DNA of 64,000 bases from Octopus vulgaris (lineage: Eukaryota), in contig OX597838.1 in the NCBI GenBank assembly GCA_951406725.2, positions 13,516,001-13,580,000 on the forward strand. The letters are read 5' to 3'. The notes under the pieces were generated by a model, which saw only the letters and a list, made by a program, of their open reading frames with translations, searched no databases and had not been told where the DNA came from. Positions 12,301 through 24,702 of this stretch are shown here, piece after piece. Both the position numbers and the translations under genes were made by a program. Each line of letters begins with the position of its first letter. Positions within the stretch are counted from its first letter, which is position 1.

Positions 12301-12694
12301 CGTGTAGGGTAATATTAGAATGACAGCAAGATAATCAGCAATCCACAAAGAGAAATACTTGTAATTATAAACAATTCCAGTATGCAACCATACACATTCA
12401 CGAACACACAAGCCCACATAAAAACATATACACACAAGAACACAACTATACACACATCGGCATGAATACCCACACAGACATACACTAGCACACACACACA
12501 CACACATGCAGGAACATGCACATGCAAAGATACACACGGATTTATATGTTTGAAAGAAAACTTCTTTTGTTATTTTAAAACTGTCAGCAGTGTTTATGAT
12601 CTGAAAATTGCTATTACACAATCCATTTGTCAACGAAACAAATGTTTATACCTGACACATATACTTTTCATTTAATTTCTTTTTTTGTGTGTGT

Positions 12695-13200
12695 ATCATC
12701 ATCATCATCATCATTTAGCGTCCGTTTTCCATGCTAGCATGGGTTGGACGGTTCAACTGGGGTCTGGGGAGCCCGAAGGCTGCACCAGGCCAGTCAGATC
12801 TGGCAGTGTTTCTACAGCTGGATGCCCTTCCTAACGCCAACCACTCCGAGAGTGTAGTGGGTGATTTTATGTGCCACCGACACAGGTGCCAGACGAGGCT
12901 GGCGAACGGCCACGCTCGGATGGTGTTTTTATGTGCCACCGACACAGGTGCCAGACGAGGCTGGCAGACGGCCACGCTCGGATGGTGTTTTTATGTGCCA
13001 CCGACACAGGTGCCAGATGAGGCTGGCGGACGGCCACGATCGGATGGTGTTTGTTACGTCCCCAAAGCACGGAGGCCAGTCTATGCGGTACTGGCTACGG
13101 CCACGTTCGGATGATTTTCTTGTGTGCCACCGGCACTGGTACCACAAAGATACAAATTCCATTGATGTTCATCTATTTTGATTTGTTTTGATTTGATTTG
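12695..13200 (-). mobile_element. SINE-like family D ((GAT)n tail, GGAAGGGCATCCAGC motif) with internal 62-bp tandem units
   Basis: >15 copies in the window in both orientations; here ~4 internal units. Confidence 0.8.
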
Positions 13201-13344
13201 ATTTGATTTTCACTTGTATGTATGAACATATATTTGTTTTCAAATGTGTGTGTAATAAAAGCATATGTAACAATGTATGAAATTTTTGTAAGTGTAATAA
13301 TACACACACATACATACATACATATATATATGAATTCGAATTGA

Positions 13345-14233
13345 ACCAGCCAGGATCCCTGGTCTGGTGGTACGTAAAAAGCACTATCCGACTCGTGGCC
13401 GATGCCAGCGCCGCCTCAACTGGCTTCCGTGCCGGTGGAACGTAAAATACACCAATCCGACCGTGGCCGTTGCCAGCCTCGCCTGGCACCTGTGCAGGTG
13501 GCACGTAAAAGCACCCACTACACTCACGGAGTGGTTGGCATTAGGAAGGGCATCCAGCTGTAGAAACATTGCCAGATAAGACTGGAGCCTAGTGCAGCCT
13601 TCTGGCTTCCCAGATCCCCGGTCGAACCGTCCAACCCATGCTAGCATGGAGAACGGACGTTAAATGATGATGATGATGATATACATATAAGAGAACAAAG
13701 TGTACGTACGCCGCAATAATTTATGTATAAAAAATGGGACAAGAACGCAAAACATTCAAATAGATGATACGAAAACGGATGGGTCATTTGAAGCCTCTAA
13801 TCTTCAGTCAAGAACCGGATCATCCTCACAATTTCGGCTGATTAATCTTGAGAGGATGATCTGGTTCTTGACTGAGGATTAGAGGCTTCGAATGACCCGT
13901 CCGTTTTTTTGTGTCGTCTGTTTGAATGTTTTGCATTCTTGTCCCATTTTGTATTTTTATATATATATCATCATCATCTCCATCATCGTTTAACGTCCGT
14001 TCTCCATGCTAGCATGGGTTGGACGGTTCGACCGGGGTCTGGGAAGCCTGTGGCTGCACCAGGCTCCAGTCTGATCTGGCAGTGTTTCTACAGCTGGATG
14101 CCCTTCCTAACGCCAACCACTCCGTGAGTGTAGTGGGTGCTTTTTACGTGCCACCTGCACAGGTGCCAGGGGAGTCCGGCATCGGCCACGATCGGTTGGT
14201 GCTTTTAACGTGCCACCGGCACGGAAGCCAGCC
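13345..14233. repeat. nested foldback: two inverted family D copies around a ~240-bp palindrome
   Basis: D(+) 13345-13680, arm 13725-13828, short loop, arm 13852-13955, D(-) 13965-14233. Confidence 0.8.
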
Positions 14234-15171
14234 AAATATATATATATAAGGTTTTGTGTCTGCCTATGTATATGATTATGTATGTATATATCTACATATA
14301 AGTCTTTTATTTTTTACTTGTTTCAGCCATTTAACTGTGTCCATGCTGGAGCACCACCTCAAAGGATTTTTAGTCAAATGTATCGACCCAAGTACTTACC
14401 TTTTTAAAGTCTGGGACTCATCCTATTGGTCCCTTTTGCTGTTCACTTGATACAGGGACATAAACACACCAACTTGCCCAAGGTGCCCTGCAGTGGAACT
14501 GAACCAGGAACCATGTGCTTGAGAAGCAATCCTCTTATCACACAGCCACACCTGCGCCTGTATGTATCTATATTGCATTTGTGTATGTATATAGGTATAT
14601 ATTTATCCTTTCTTCTATATAAGAATTAAAGTGTATATATGTGTGTATGTATCTATGTATGTGTGTGCATGTGTTTGTATTTATGTATGTATAAGTATGT
14701 ATATGTGTGTATAAATCTATGTATGTATACATGTGTGTGAGTATGTCTAAATATATTTATATATATATATGTATGCATATGTATTTGCATCTGCATATTT
14801 ATGTTCATATGTATATATGTGTGTATATCTGTGCACACGTGTGTGTATATATATGTATATATATATATGTGTATATAAATTTGAATGTGTGTGTGCATAC
14901 ATTTATTGTATCGTCTCTAACTCTCTCCCTTTTTTTATATTACTACTTCTTGTTCTTTATTCTCCCCTTTAACAATTGGACTCCTTCTTATTGACTATAT
15001 ATAAAAGCTTCATCCAAATATATATTTTATATTATTTGCCTCTCTGTTTGAAGAATTTCTAATAGGACATATCTTACATGTTTCCTACTTGCACAAATTT
15101 GTAATTCCTATTAGCAAATGAAACGTGTAATGGTGAATAAATAAAAAAATTTTCCCAATCTCCTGTATTTA

Positions 15172-15830
15172 CCATCATCATCATTGTTTAATGTCTGCTT
15201 TCCATGTTGGCATGAGTTGGACAGTTTGACTGAGGACTTGCTAGCCAGGATGCTGCACCAGGTTCCAATCTGATCTGGTAAGGTTTCTATAGCTGGATGC
15301 CCTTCCTAATGCCAACCACTCTGAGAGTGTAGTAGGTGCTTTTTACATGTCACTGGTATGGGAGCCAGTCAGGCAGCACTGGTATTGGTCACGCTTGAAT
15401 GGTGCTTTTTACGTGCCACTGGCATGGGGGGGGGGCAGTCAGGTGCAACTGGTATCGATTGTGCTCATATGGTGTTTTTACATGCCACTGGCACAGAAGC
15501 CAGTGAAGCAGTACTGCCATTGACCACACTCGAATGGTGCTTTTTATGTGCCACTGGCACAGGTGCCAGTCAGGCGGTACTGGCACCAGCCATGACGACA
15601 GTTTCACTTGACTCAACAGCTCTTCTCAAGCACAGCATATTGTCTGACCATTTGGAGCGTACTTTTAAATGGGCTGGTTATGCAGCTCTGGCATTGGCCA
15701 TGGCTACGATCTCACTTAGTTTGCCGGGTCTTCTCAAGCACAGCATATCTCCAAAGGTCTCAGTTGCTTGTCATTGCCTCTGTGAGGCCCAATGATCGAA
15801 GGTTGTGCTTCACCACCTCATCCCAGGTCT
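15172..15830 (-). mobile_element. older, longer family D element
   Basis: Diverged D tail, several internal units and extra upstream sequence. Confidence 0.65.
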
Positions 15831-16975
15831 TCCTCTACAAGAGTAAGTTTTCATTTCGTGTAGCATTTCTTCAATTCAGGAAGTTAAACAATTTGGCTTT
15901 TTTGAGATTTAGGAAACATTTTCACTTTCAAATCTAAATACAACCCTTCTATATATTGGTTGATGTGATTCAGACTTAAGATGTCCAATGAACAAACTCT
16001 GACCTTGAGTTCAAACATCAGTGGACATACCCTCCACATTCATCAATGAACAATAAATGTAGAGACACAGAAACATCATCATCATCATTTAGCATCCGCT
16101 TTCCATGCTAGCATGGGTTGGACGGTTCAACTGGGGTCTGTGAAGCCAGAAAGCTGCATCAGGCCCAGTCTGATCTGGCAGTGTTTCTACGGCTGGATGC
16201 CCTTCCTAATGCCAACCACTCTGTGAGTGTAGTGGGTGCTTTTTACGTGCCACCCACACGTAAAAAAAAAAAAGACAACTCAAAACAATTTGTTTACTCA
16301 ACTTGTCTGACTACCCACCTACCCACTTTACCTGGATCAGCAGATAAAGTGGGCAATTTGATAGCGAGATTGGCAGATAGATAAATAGGGAGACCAGGAG
16401 GTATGTGGGTGACAGGTAGATAGTTTGGCAGATAAATTGATAGCAGGTAAGTATGGATGTAAGTAGGTAAACAGATAAATATAGATGCAGGCAGATTGTT
16501 AACAGGATTGTTAAAAGATAAGTAGGTTAATAGGTCGGCAGGTAAGGACTTACAGGTTGTTCAGGCTAAATTTGACAGTTTGCATTCAAGGAAAAGAAAA
16601 CACAATAACCCATCCAAAAATTAAAATATTTTTTAAAATTTCAAAAAGAGAATATTAACTAGATTATGGCTGGGTGATAACAGTTTACTCAAAGAAGCTG
16701 CCTTCAGGTTCCACTATGCCCTCAAGAAGGCTCCAGATTCTGGCACATGCATTTCTCATTGTGTCTCTGGGAAGATCTTCAAATATTTCCTTGACCTTTG
16801 CCACCAGTAGACCTTGGTGTTGCAGACAGAATATTTTTCAACTGTGCTTCATACATAGTAATCGGGGGAATTAGGAGGCTAGAAAATGGGGCTGGTGAAG
16901 TTGTAGAAATTTTCTGACAACAGTTTCTAACTCTTTCCAGGGGTATGGTAAAGAACTGAATCCCACTGCTACATA

Positions 16976-18692
16976 CACTCAGAGCCATGCTAATAGATTA
17001 GGAGTGAGATTTAGGATTTCTTGTTTTTTTTGTGAATTGATTTTGATAAAACTTTTCCCAACTGGTTTGCACACTATGGTAACACAATTGTTATGTTTTC
17101 ATTATTCTGTGAAATGTCCTTTTTTTATTTCAGATTCTTCAGATTTTGGGTGAACCATGGTAATAGCTTTTGAATGAAAATATCCCATCTGGACATTATT
17201 TTCAGAAAATGAAGGGTAATAATACATATTAACCACACATTGAGTATATATTTAACAGAAAAACATAATAATATTATAACATTTATTGACATAATGAATT
17301 ATTTAGCCACATGAGCACCCAGGAAGAAACGATCTGACTGTGGGACCTCCAAGACTGTGACAGCTAGCAATTTAAGGAATATTGGCCACAAGATATGTGG
17401 GAAACCTGGACAAACAAGCAAAGCCATTTTCACCACCTTCAGATTTCCTCATGTACCAATAACCACCAAAAATTGCAATCTCGGGACCATGGCTTTTGTG
17501 CAAGAACCCCTGAAACTGCTTTCTTCACAGGAGTTTGAGGCTTCAATGTACATGACGTTAGACACGAGTTGTGTTTCACTGATGAGACCAGGGTGACCCT
17601 TGACAAACCTGATGGTTGGGCAAATGATTGGGTCTATTTTGGAGATGAGCAACAACAGGGTGGAGGAGTCATATTGTGGGCTGGTATCATTGGGGACAAA
17701 CTTATTGGTCCAGCCAGAGTACCTGAAGAGGTTAAAGTGACCACAGCTGCCTACTGCAATCTTCTGAAAGAGGTCTTGGATCCCTGGCTAGGTGACACAT
17801 CACTATCACTTCTAAGGAATCTCATATTAATGCATGACAATGCTCCCTCCCACTCTGCTAGGACCACCTAAGCATTCTTAGGGTTTTGTGCCATACAAGA
17901 TGAAAGGTTGGAGGTGTGGCCGCTAGCATCTCTGGATCTCAACCCTATCGAAAAACTTTGATCCATCATTAAACAAGACGTTTAACCGATGGACACCAAT
18001 TTATGTTGAAAGATGTCTTATGGGCAACCATGGAAGCTGCAGCAGAGGCAGTCCAACCTGCTACTATTAAGAAATTGATAGATTCCATGACTAACAGGGA
18101 TTTTGAAGTTATCCGTCGAAATGGGGCTCATGTGGCTAAATAATTCATTATGTCAATAAACGTTATAAAATTATTGTTTTCTGTTAAATATATACTCAAT
18201 GTATATATTTAACCCTTTCGATACCAACCCGGCTGAAACTGCCTCTGGCTCTGAGTACAAATGTCTTGTTTTCATAAGTTTTGAATTAAAATCTTCCACC
18301 AGACCTTGGTCACAATTTATGTTCCTAACACTAGCTGAATGATAACTAAGTTATTTTACTAAATTCTTTGTTATATTTAAAATAATGGAAAGAAACACAG
18401 AGCATCTCAAAATAAATACAGTAATGAAAGGGTTAATATGTATCATTACCTTCCATTTTCTGAAAAATAATGTCTAGATGGGCTATTTTCATTCAAAAGT
18501 TATTAGCATGGTTCACCCAAAAAACTGAAGAATCCGAAATAAAAAAGAAAGGACTTTACACAGAATAATGAAAACATAACAATGATGTTGCCAAAGTGTG
18601 CAAACCAGCTGAGAAAAGTTTTATCAAAATCGATTCAAGAAAACTGAGACATCCTAAATTTCACTCCTAAGCTATTAGCATGGTTCTGGATA
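16976..18692 (+). mobile_element. Tc1 DNA transposon with long (~320 bp) TIRs, internally deleted
   Basis: TA-CACTCAGAGCCATGCTAATAG left end mirrored at 18150-18690; DDE fragments FTDETR, MHDNAPSH, WPLASLDLNPIE; MITE inserted in the right TIR. Confidence 0.85.
18209..18436. mobile_element. piggyBac-like MITE family E nested in Tc1 TIR
   Basis: TTAA ends; interrupts otherwise continuous TIR. Confidence 0.85.
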
Positions 18693-18756
18693 TATATGGC
18701 CTTCTAGCAGCAACCCTCTCCAGCCAGGGATTGACTGCAGTCCCAACAGCTTCATA

Positions 18757-19170
18757 CATCATCATCATCATTTAGCGTCCATTTTCCATGCTAGCATGGG
18801 TTGGACGGTTCAACTGGGGTCTGTGGAGCCGGAAGGCCACATCAGGCCCAGTCTGATCTGGCAATGTTTCTACGGCTGGATGCCCTTCCTAATGCCAACC
18901 ACTCCATGAGTGTAGTGGGTGCTTTTTACGTGCCACCCGCACAGGTGCCAGACAGAGCTGGCAAAAGGCCACGAACGGATGGTGCTTTTACGTGTCACCA
19001 GCACAGGGGCCAGGCGAGGCTGGCAATGGACGCGAGCGGATGGTGCTTTTACGTGCCACTGGCACGGGGGCCAGGCGAGGCTGGCAAACGGCCACGAACG
19101 GATGGTGCTTTTACGTGCCACTGGCACGGGGTCCAGGCGAGGCTGGCAGCGGACATGACGATCGGATGGT
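18757..19170 (-). mobile_element. family D element with 4 internal 61-62 bp units
   Basis: Same layout as 12695; a similar copy lies at 20420-20805. Confidence 0.8.
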
Positions 19171-19378
19171 TCGCTTTTTGGTAATGTGCTATCTGAATTG
19201 AGCCAAAGACCCTGTTCAAAGATGTAGGGATGAATACCAATGTGCAGACAGGGAATACCTGCTGTGTCCCTTCCTACTTTTTCATGGCTTCATAATCTCC
19301 ATCATAGCTGTCCATGTCACGTCTTACAACTTTTACGGTGTTCACAGAGCATTGAGAAGCAGTCATGATGTTGGCACT

Positions 19379-19608
19379 TTAACCCTTTAGTGTTCACATT
19401 ATTCTGCCAAAATTAATGCTTTTTAATCCACTTTGTTTTTGAACTAATCAGGCATTATCTTGTAGCTATGAGATTTTGATGAGGTAGCTGTTAATTTTTA
19501 AAATGATATTGTAGGGTTGGCGTGAGAGACCAGATCTGGCCAGTTTGAACATAAAACAGGCAGAATACTTTTGGCAGGATATGGCCGGTTTAAATGCTAA
19601 AGGGTTAA
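19379..19608. mobile_element. piggyBac-like MITE family F
   Basis: TTAA-CCCTTTAG...CTAAAGGG-TTAA; copies at 24951-25185, 34418-34644, 34669-34897, 44944-45170, 49153-49332. Confidence 0.85.
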
Positions 19609-19878
19609 TCATCGTTATACAGGTAACTCTTTTCTAATATTCAGATGACTTGCAGCCCTTCACATCACTCTCTTTACTCTTTTACTTGTTTCAGTCATTT
19701 GACTGTGGCCATGCTGGAGCACCACCTTTTAGTCGAGCAAATCGACCCCAGGACTTATTCTTTGTAAGCCCAGTACTTATTCTATCGGTCTCTTTTGCCG
19801 AACCGCTAAGTGACGGGGACGTAAGCACACCAGCATCGGTTCTCAAGCAATGCTAGGGGGACAAACACAGACACACAA

Positions 19879-19914
<36 letters not shown>

Positions 19915-20893
19915 ATATATACGACAGGCTTCTTTCAGTTTCCGTCTACCAAATCCACTCACAAGGCATTGGTCGGCCTGGGGCTATAGCAGAAGACACT
20001 TGCCCAAGATGCCACGCAGTGGGACTGAACCCGGAACCATGTGGTTGGTTAGCAAGCTACTTACCACACAGCCACTCCTGCGCCTATCAATTAACTTTTT
20101 CTCAACTATAACCTTAATCTTTATGCTCTCCAACGCCATTGACTTTTCACCAATACATCAAGCTGTTTCTGAAAAAAGGAGACATTAAAAAAAAAAAAAA
20201 ATCAAATTTACCCCTAACACCTTGTATAATTAACTAAATACCACAAATTTCTTAGCTAATTAAACAGCTTTCTTTGCTAACTAGTTGCCACAATGCTCTT
20301 TGCTAATTAGACACCACAGCTTTCTTAGTTAATTAGAAGCCACAGTTTTCTTAGATACTGCCAGTTCAATAAAATCAGGTAACGAGGAAGTTGAGGTTAA
20401 GACAGAGATGTCAGACAAACATCATCATCATCTAGCGTCCGTTTTCCATGCTAGCATGGGTTGGATGGTTCAACTGGGGTCTGTGAAGCTGGAAGGCTTC
20501 ATCAGGCCCAGTCAGATCTGGCAGTGTTTCTACGGCTGGATGCCCTTCCTAACGCCAACCACTCCGTGAGTGTAGTGGGTGCTTTTTACATACCACCCGC
20601 ACAGGTGCCAGACGAGGCTGGCGAACGGCCACGAACGGATGGTGCTTTTACGTGTCACCGGCACAGGGGCCAGACAGAGCTGGCAAACGGCCACGAACGG
20701 ATGGTGCTTTTACGTGTCACCGGCACAGGGGCCAGGCGAGGCTGGCAACGGACACGAACGGATGGTGCTTTTACGTGTCACCGGCACGGGGGCCAGGCGA
20801 GGCTAAAAGACAGAAAACAGGAAAAAGTGAAAAAGGAACAAACATGGAATAATTTCTTGAAAAATCTAATTTCAAGAAACCACTGCCACTACC

Positions 20894-20927
<34 letters not shown>

Positions 20928-20998
20928 ATAGATAAAAACACTGACAAGGAATTCTTAAAGAAATGAGAACGTTTTTTTTTCCCCCTTAATTTTACAAA

Positions 20999-21004
20999 TT
21001 TATT
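20999..21004 (-). promoter_or_regulatory. candidate GLTP polyadenylation signal
   Basis: AATAAA on - strand ~120 nt after the stop codon. Confidence 0.45.
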
Positions 21005-21124
21005 CAGAATATGTAGTTCAATAATCAGTCATGTGCCACTGCTCTGTGCCATCACTGTCACTGCACCATGCTGAAAACAATGTAGCATGATGATCCACCA
21101 CCGCTGTGCTCTGCTGTGACGATG

Positions 21125-21229
21125 TTACACTTTGTCATTGTTCTCCAGGTTATACTCGATCAAAAGAGACTTAAATACTTCCAGGTTGCTTGATAACGAG
21201 TCCAGGTAGACCTGAAGGTCATTAATGAA
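21125..21229 (-). CDS. GLTP: GLTP coding exon 6
   Basis: FINDLQVYLDSLSSNLEVFKSLLIEYNLENNDKV*; acceptor ttccag. Confidence 0.88.
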   Translation of the reverse strand, partial: FINDLQVYLDSLSSNLEVFKSLLIEYNLENNDKV

Positions 21230-24200
21230 CTGGAATTCAATGGAAAAATATATATAAATATATTACACATATAACTTGAAAAATTGTGCTTGAAGGCATG
21301 ACACATTACCAAAAATTTGGGCTCAAAAAAGATAGTGCTACATTCCACTCCTATACTCTATGCCAGCATTTCTCAACTGGGGTTCTCCAGAAACCCTAGG
21401 GTTCTGTGAGAAAGAGTGAGATAGGCTAATGCAGTCCCACTGCATGGCATCTTGGGCAAATGTCTTCTATCACAGCCCCATGTTGACCTAAGCCTTTTGA
21501 GTAGATTTGGCAGACAGCAGCTGAAAGGAGGTTCTCATATACATATATCATCATCATAATTGCTTCCTAGCTACATGGTTTCGGGTTCAGTCCCACTGCG
21601 TGGCACTTTGGGTAGGTGTCTTCCACTATAGCCCCGAGCCGACCGGAGCTTTGTGATTGAATTCGGTAGGTGGAAGTTACTGCCGTGTGTGTATGTGTGC
21701 GTATAGCTGCTCAGTGCCTCTCCGAAAGAGAGAGAGAGGGATAATTATATATAAATAAAATGACAGTGGCACATAAAAGCACTCATGTGGTGACACGTAA
21801 AAGCGCCCATGCAGTACCACGTAAAAGTGCCCGTGCAGTACCACGTAAAAGCGCCCGTGCAGTACCACGTAAAAGTGCCTGTGCAGTACCACGTAAAAGC
21901 GCCTGTGCGGTACCACGTAAAAGTGCCTGTGCAGTACCACGTAAAAGTGCCTGTGCAGTACCACGTAAAAGCGCCCGTGCAGTACCACGTAAAAGTGCCT
22001 GTGCAGTACCACGTAAAAGCACCCGTGCAGTACCACGTAAAAGCACCCAGCACACTGTGTTAAGTTGTTAGCATTTGGAAGGGAATCCAGCTGTAGAACC
22101 CATGCTAAAATAGGCAGGAGTCTGGTGCAGTCTCACTGGCTTGCCAGCTCTGGTCACACATTTGTCGGCGCTAATCCAACCCATGCCAGCATGGACAACA
22201 GATATTTAATGATGATGAGTCTATATAAACACACACGTGTTGTTCATGCCTCGAAATCATGGTTGTTAAAGAACAACCAGCACTGTCGTTTAACTGATGT
22301 TTGTTTCCAGCATTCTGTGAAAAACCGCTCTATGTTACGCTGGTGAGACCCATATTGGAGTACGGGATCCAAGCCCTTTCTCCTTATCTCCTCAAAGACA
22401 TACATCATCTTGAAAGAGTCCAGAAGCTGGCTACCCGCATGGTTCTTGGTCTCAAGCATTTGTCTTATGAAGAAAGGCTGAAGACGCTCGACCTTTATTC
22501 TCTAGAAAAACGACGACGCCATGGTGATCTCATTCTCGCTCACAACATCATAAGCGGAAAGTGTAACCTCTCGAAAGAGCTGTTCTTCACTCCTGCTCCA
22601 GAGTGTAGGCTGCAGAGTCACTCCGAAAAGCTCTATCTGCGACGATTTCATCTCAATCGAAGGAGAGGGGCTTTCTTCGTCCGGGTTGCGGATCCGTGGA
22701 ATAAGCTACCGGACGAGATAGTGAAGATGCCGACGACCACTCGGTTCAAAGTCTCTCTTAACCAGAAATGGCCTGAACTCTTTGCATGAACACCCTCCCT
22801 GTACATAACTCCATGTCCCCCTACATGGCCTTGCTTTTTGCTTTTTGAGCCAAAAAATTAACTTAACTTAACTGACATTTGGCCATGGGGAAATAAATGC
22901 TGTTGGGTATCAAACTCATGACTTTATGATCATGAGCTGAATGCCCTAACCACTAAGCCATGTGCCTTCACAAAAGCCAGAATGTTATGAGTGGTAACAA
23001 AATATGGGCAGACAATTCGTTCAGTACTGTCTGTCCATGGGGGAAATATTACTTTACTTGGAATGTATACTGAACCAATTCTAGCATGCAATCGTTGAGT
23101 AAATAATTTAGTTAACCCACCTGTTCTTCATCTAAGTTGGTACCGTTACACAAAATGTTCATAAGGCCCGTACGGCTTGGGGCTGCTATTGAAATAATCT
23201 GGTGAAAGAGAGAGAAATATTGTAAAGGGTAACAGAAACAGCAATAACAACAGCAATGATGAAACAAGTTGGACACAAGCCAAAGCAAGAGCATCCTGAC
23301 CTGCTAGAAATAGCAGCCATATCCTCAAGGCTATTTTGAGTAATGAAACGCAGTCCTAAATACAGGCACAGGTGTGTCTATGTAGTAAGAAGCTTGCTTC
23401 CCAACGACATGGTTCAGGGTTCTGTTCCACCTTGGGGGGCAAGTGCGTTCTACTATATAGCCTTGGGTTGACCAAAGCCTTATGAGTGTATTTGGTAGGC
23501 AGAAACTGAAAGAAGCCCATTATATACATGTGTGTGTGTAGTTGCTTCCCGTAGTCACCACTTGACAAGTAGTGTTGGTTTGTTTATGTCCCTGTGATTT
23601 AACGATTCATTAAAAGAGACCGATAGAAATAGTACCAGGCTTTAAAAAAAAAAGATAAATTCTGAGCTTGATACATTTGACTAAACACTCTTCAATGCAT
23701 TGCTCCAGCATGGCCACCGTCTAATGACTGAAACAAGTAAAGAAATAGAGATACTTTATATGAATACAGGACATGCTGCAGTTGGAAGACCTGATCATAG
23801 GAAGACCCGATCATAGTTGTCTAACATGGACAACTGGATCAAAACTGACCTGGGGATAAAAAATGATGTATGAAGTTAAGTTAGTGAAGTTAATTTTTTG
23901 GCTCAAAAAGCAAAAAGCAAGGCCATGTAGGGGGACATGGAGTTATGTACAGGGTTATATATATATATAACATCATCATAAGTTGTTGACAGTAAACACC
24001 TGTATTGTTTGTTTGGTTCCTTGGAAGCAGCTCAAAATGCACAACACCTCTGTAATCCCATCAAATTGACAGCATGACCTTTTTTGATGCAATTCACCTT
24101 TTGATGTTGTTTCTGCTGGCTCATTACGCTTGGACCATGATGGTTTTCGATTGATATTATTGTAAACAATTTATTTCCCATCACCAGTGATGACTTCTTT

Positions 24201-24661
24201 AAAAAAAAAGGGCAATTTCATTGCATTTGAGATGAATATTGCAAATATATATTGCACAGACACACAAACATACATATGTACAACAGGCTTCTTTCAGTTT
24301 CCATTTATCAAATCCACTCACAAGGCTTTGGTCGGCCCGAGGCTATAGTAGAAAACACTTGCCCAAGGTGCCACGCAGTGGAAATGAACCTGGAACCATG
24401 TGGTTGGTAAACAAGCTACTTACCACACAGCCACTCCTGCACTTATATTTAACATAATATCATATACTCTTTTACTTGTTTCAGTCATTTGACTGCGGCC
24501 ATGCTGGAGCACCGCCTTTAGTCGAGCAAATCGACCCCGGGATTTTGTAAGCCTAGTACTTATTCTATCGGTCTCTTTTGCCGAACCGCTAGGTGACGGG
24601 GACGTAAACACACCAGCATCAGTTGTCAAGCAATGCTAGGGAGACAAACACAGACACACAA

Positions 24662-24702
<41 letters not shown>

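Noticed and set aside
12715-13650. Overlapping Cys/Trp/Arg-rich ORFs
   Set aside because: Recurring translations of family D repeats, found many times in the window
21795-22048. CRISPR-like array
   Set aside because: Contiguous 24-bp units without unique spacers, inside a SINE, eukaryotic context, no cas genes
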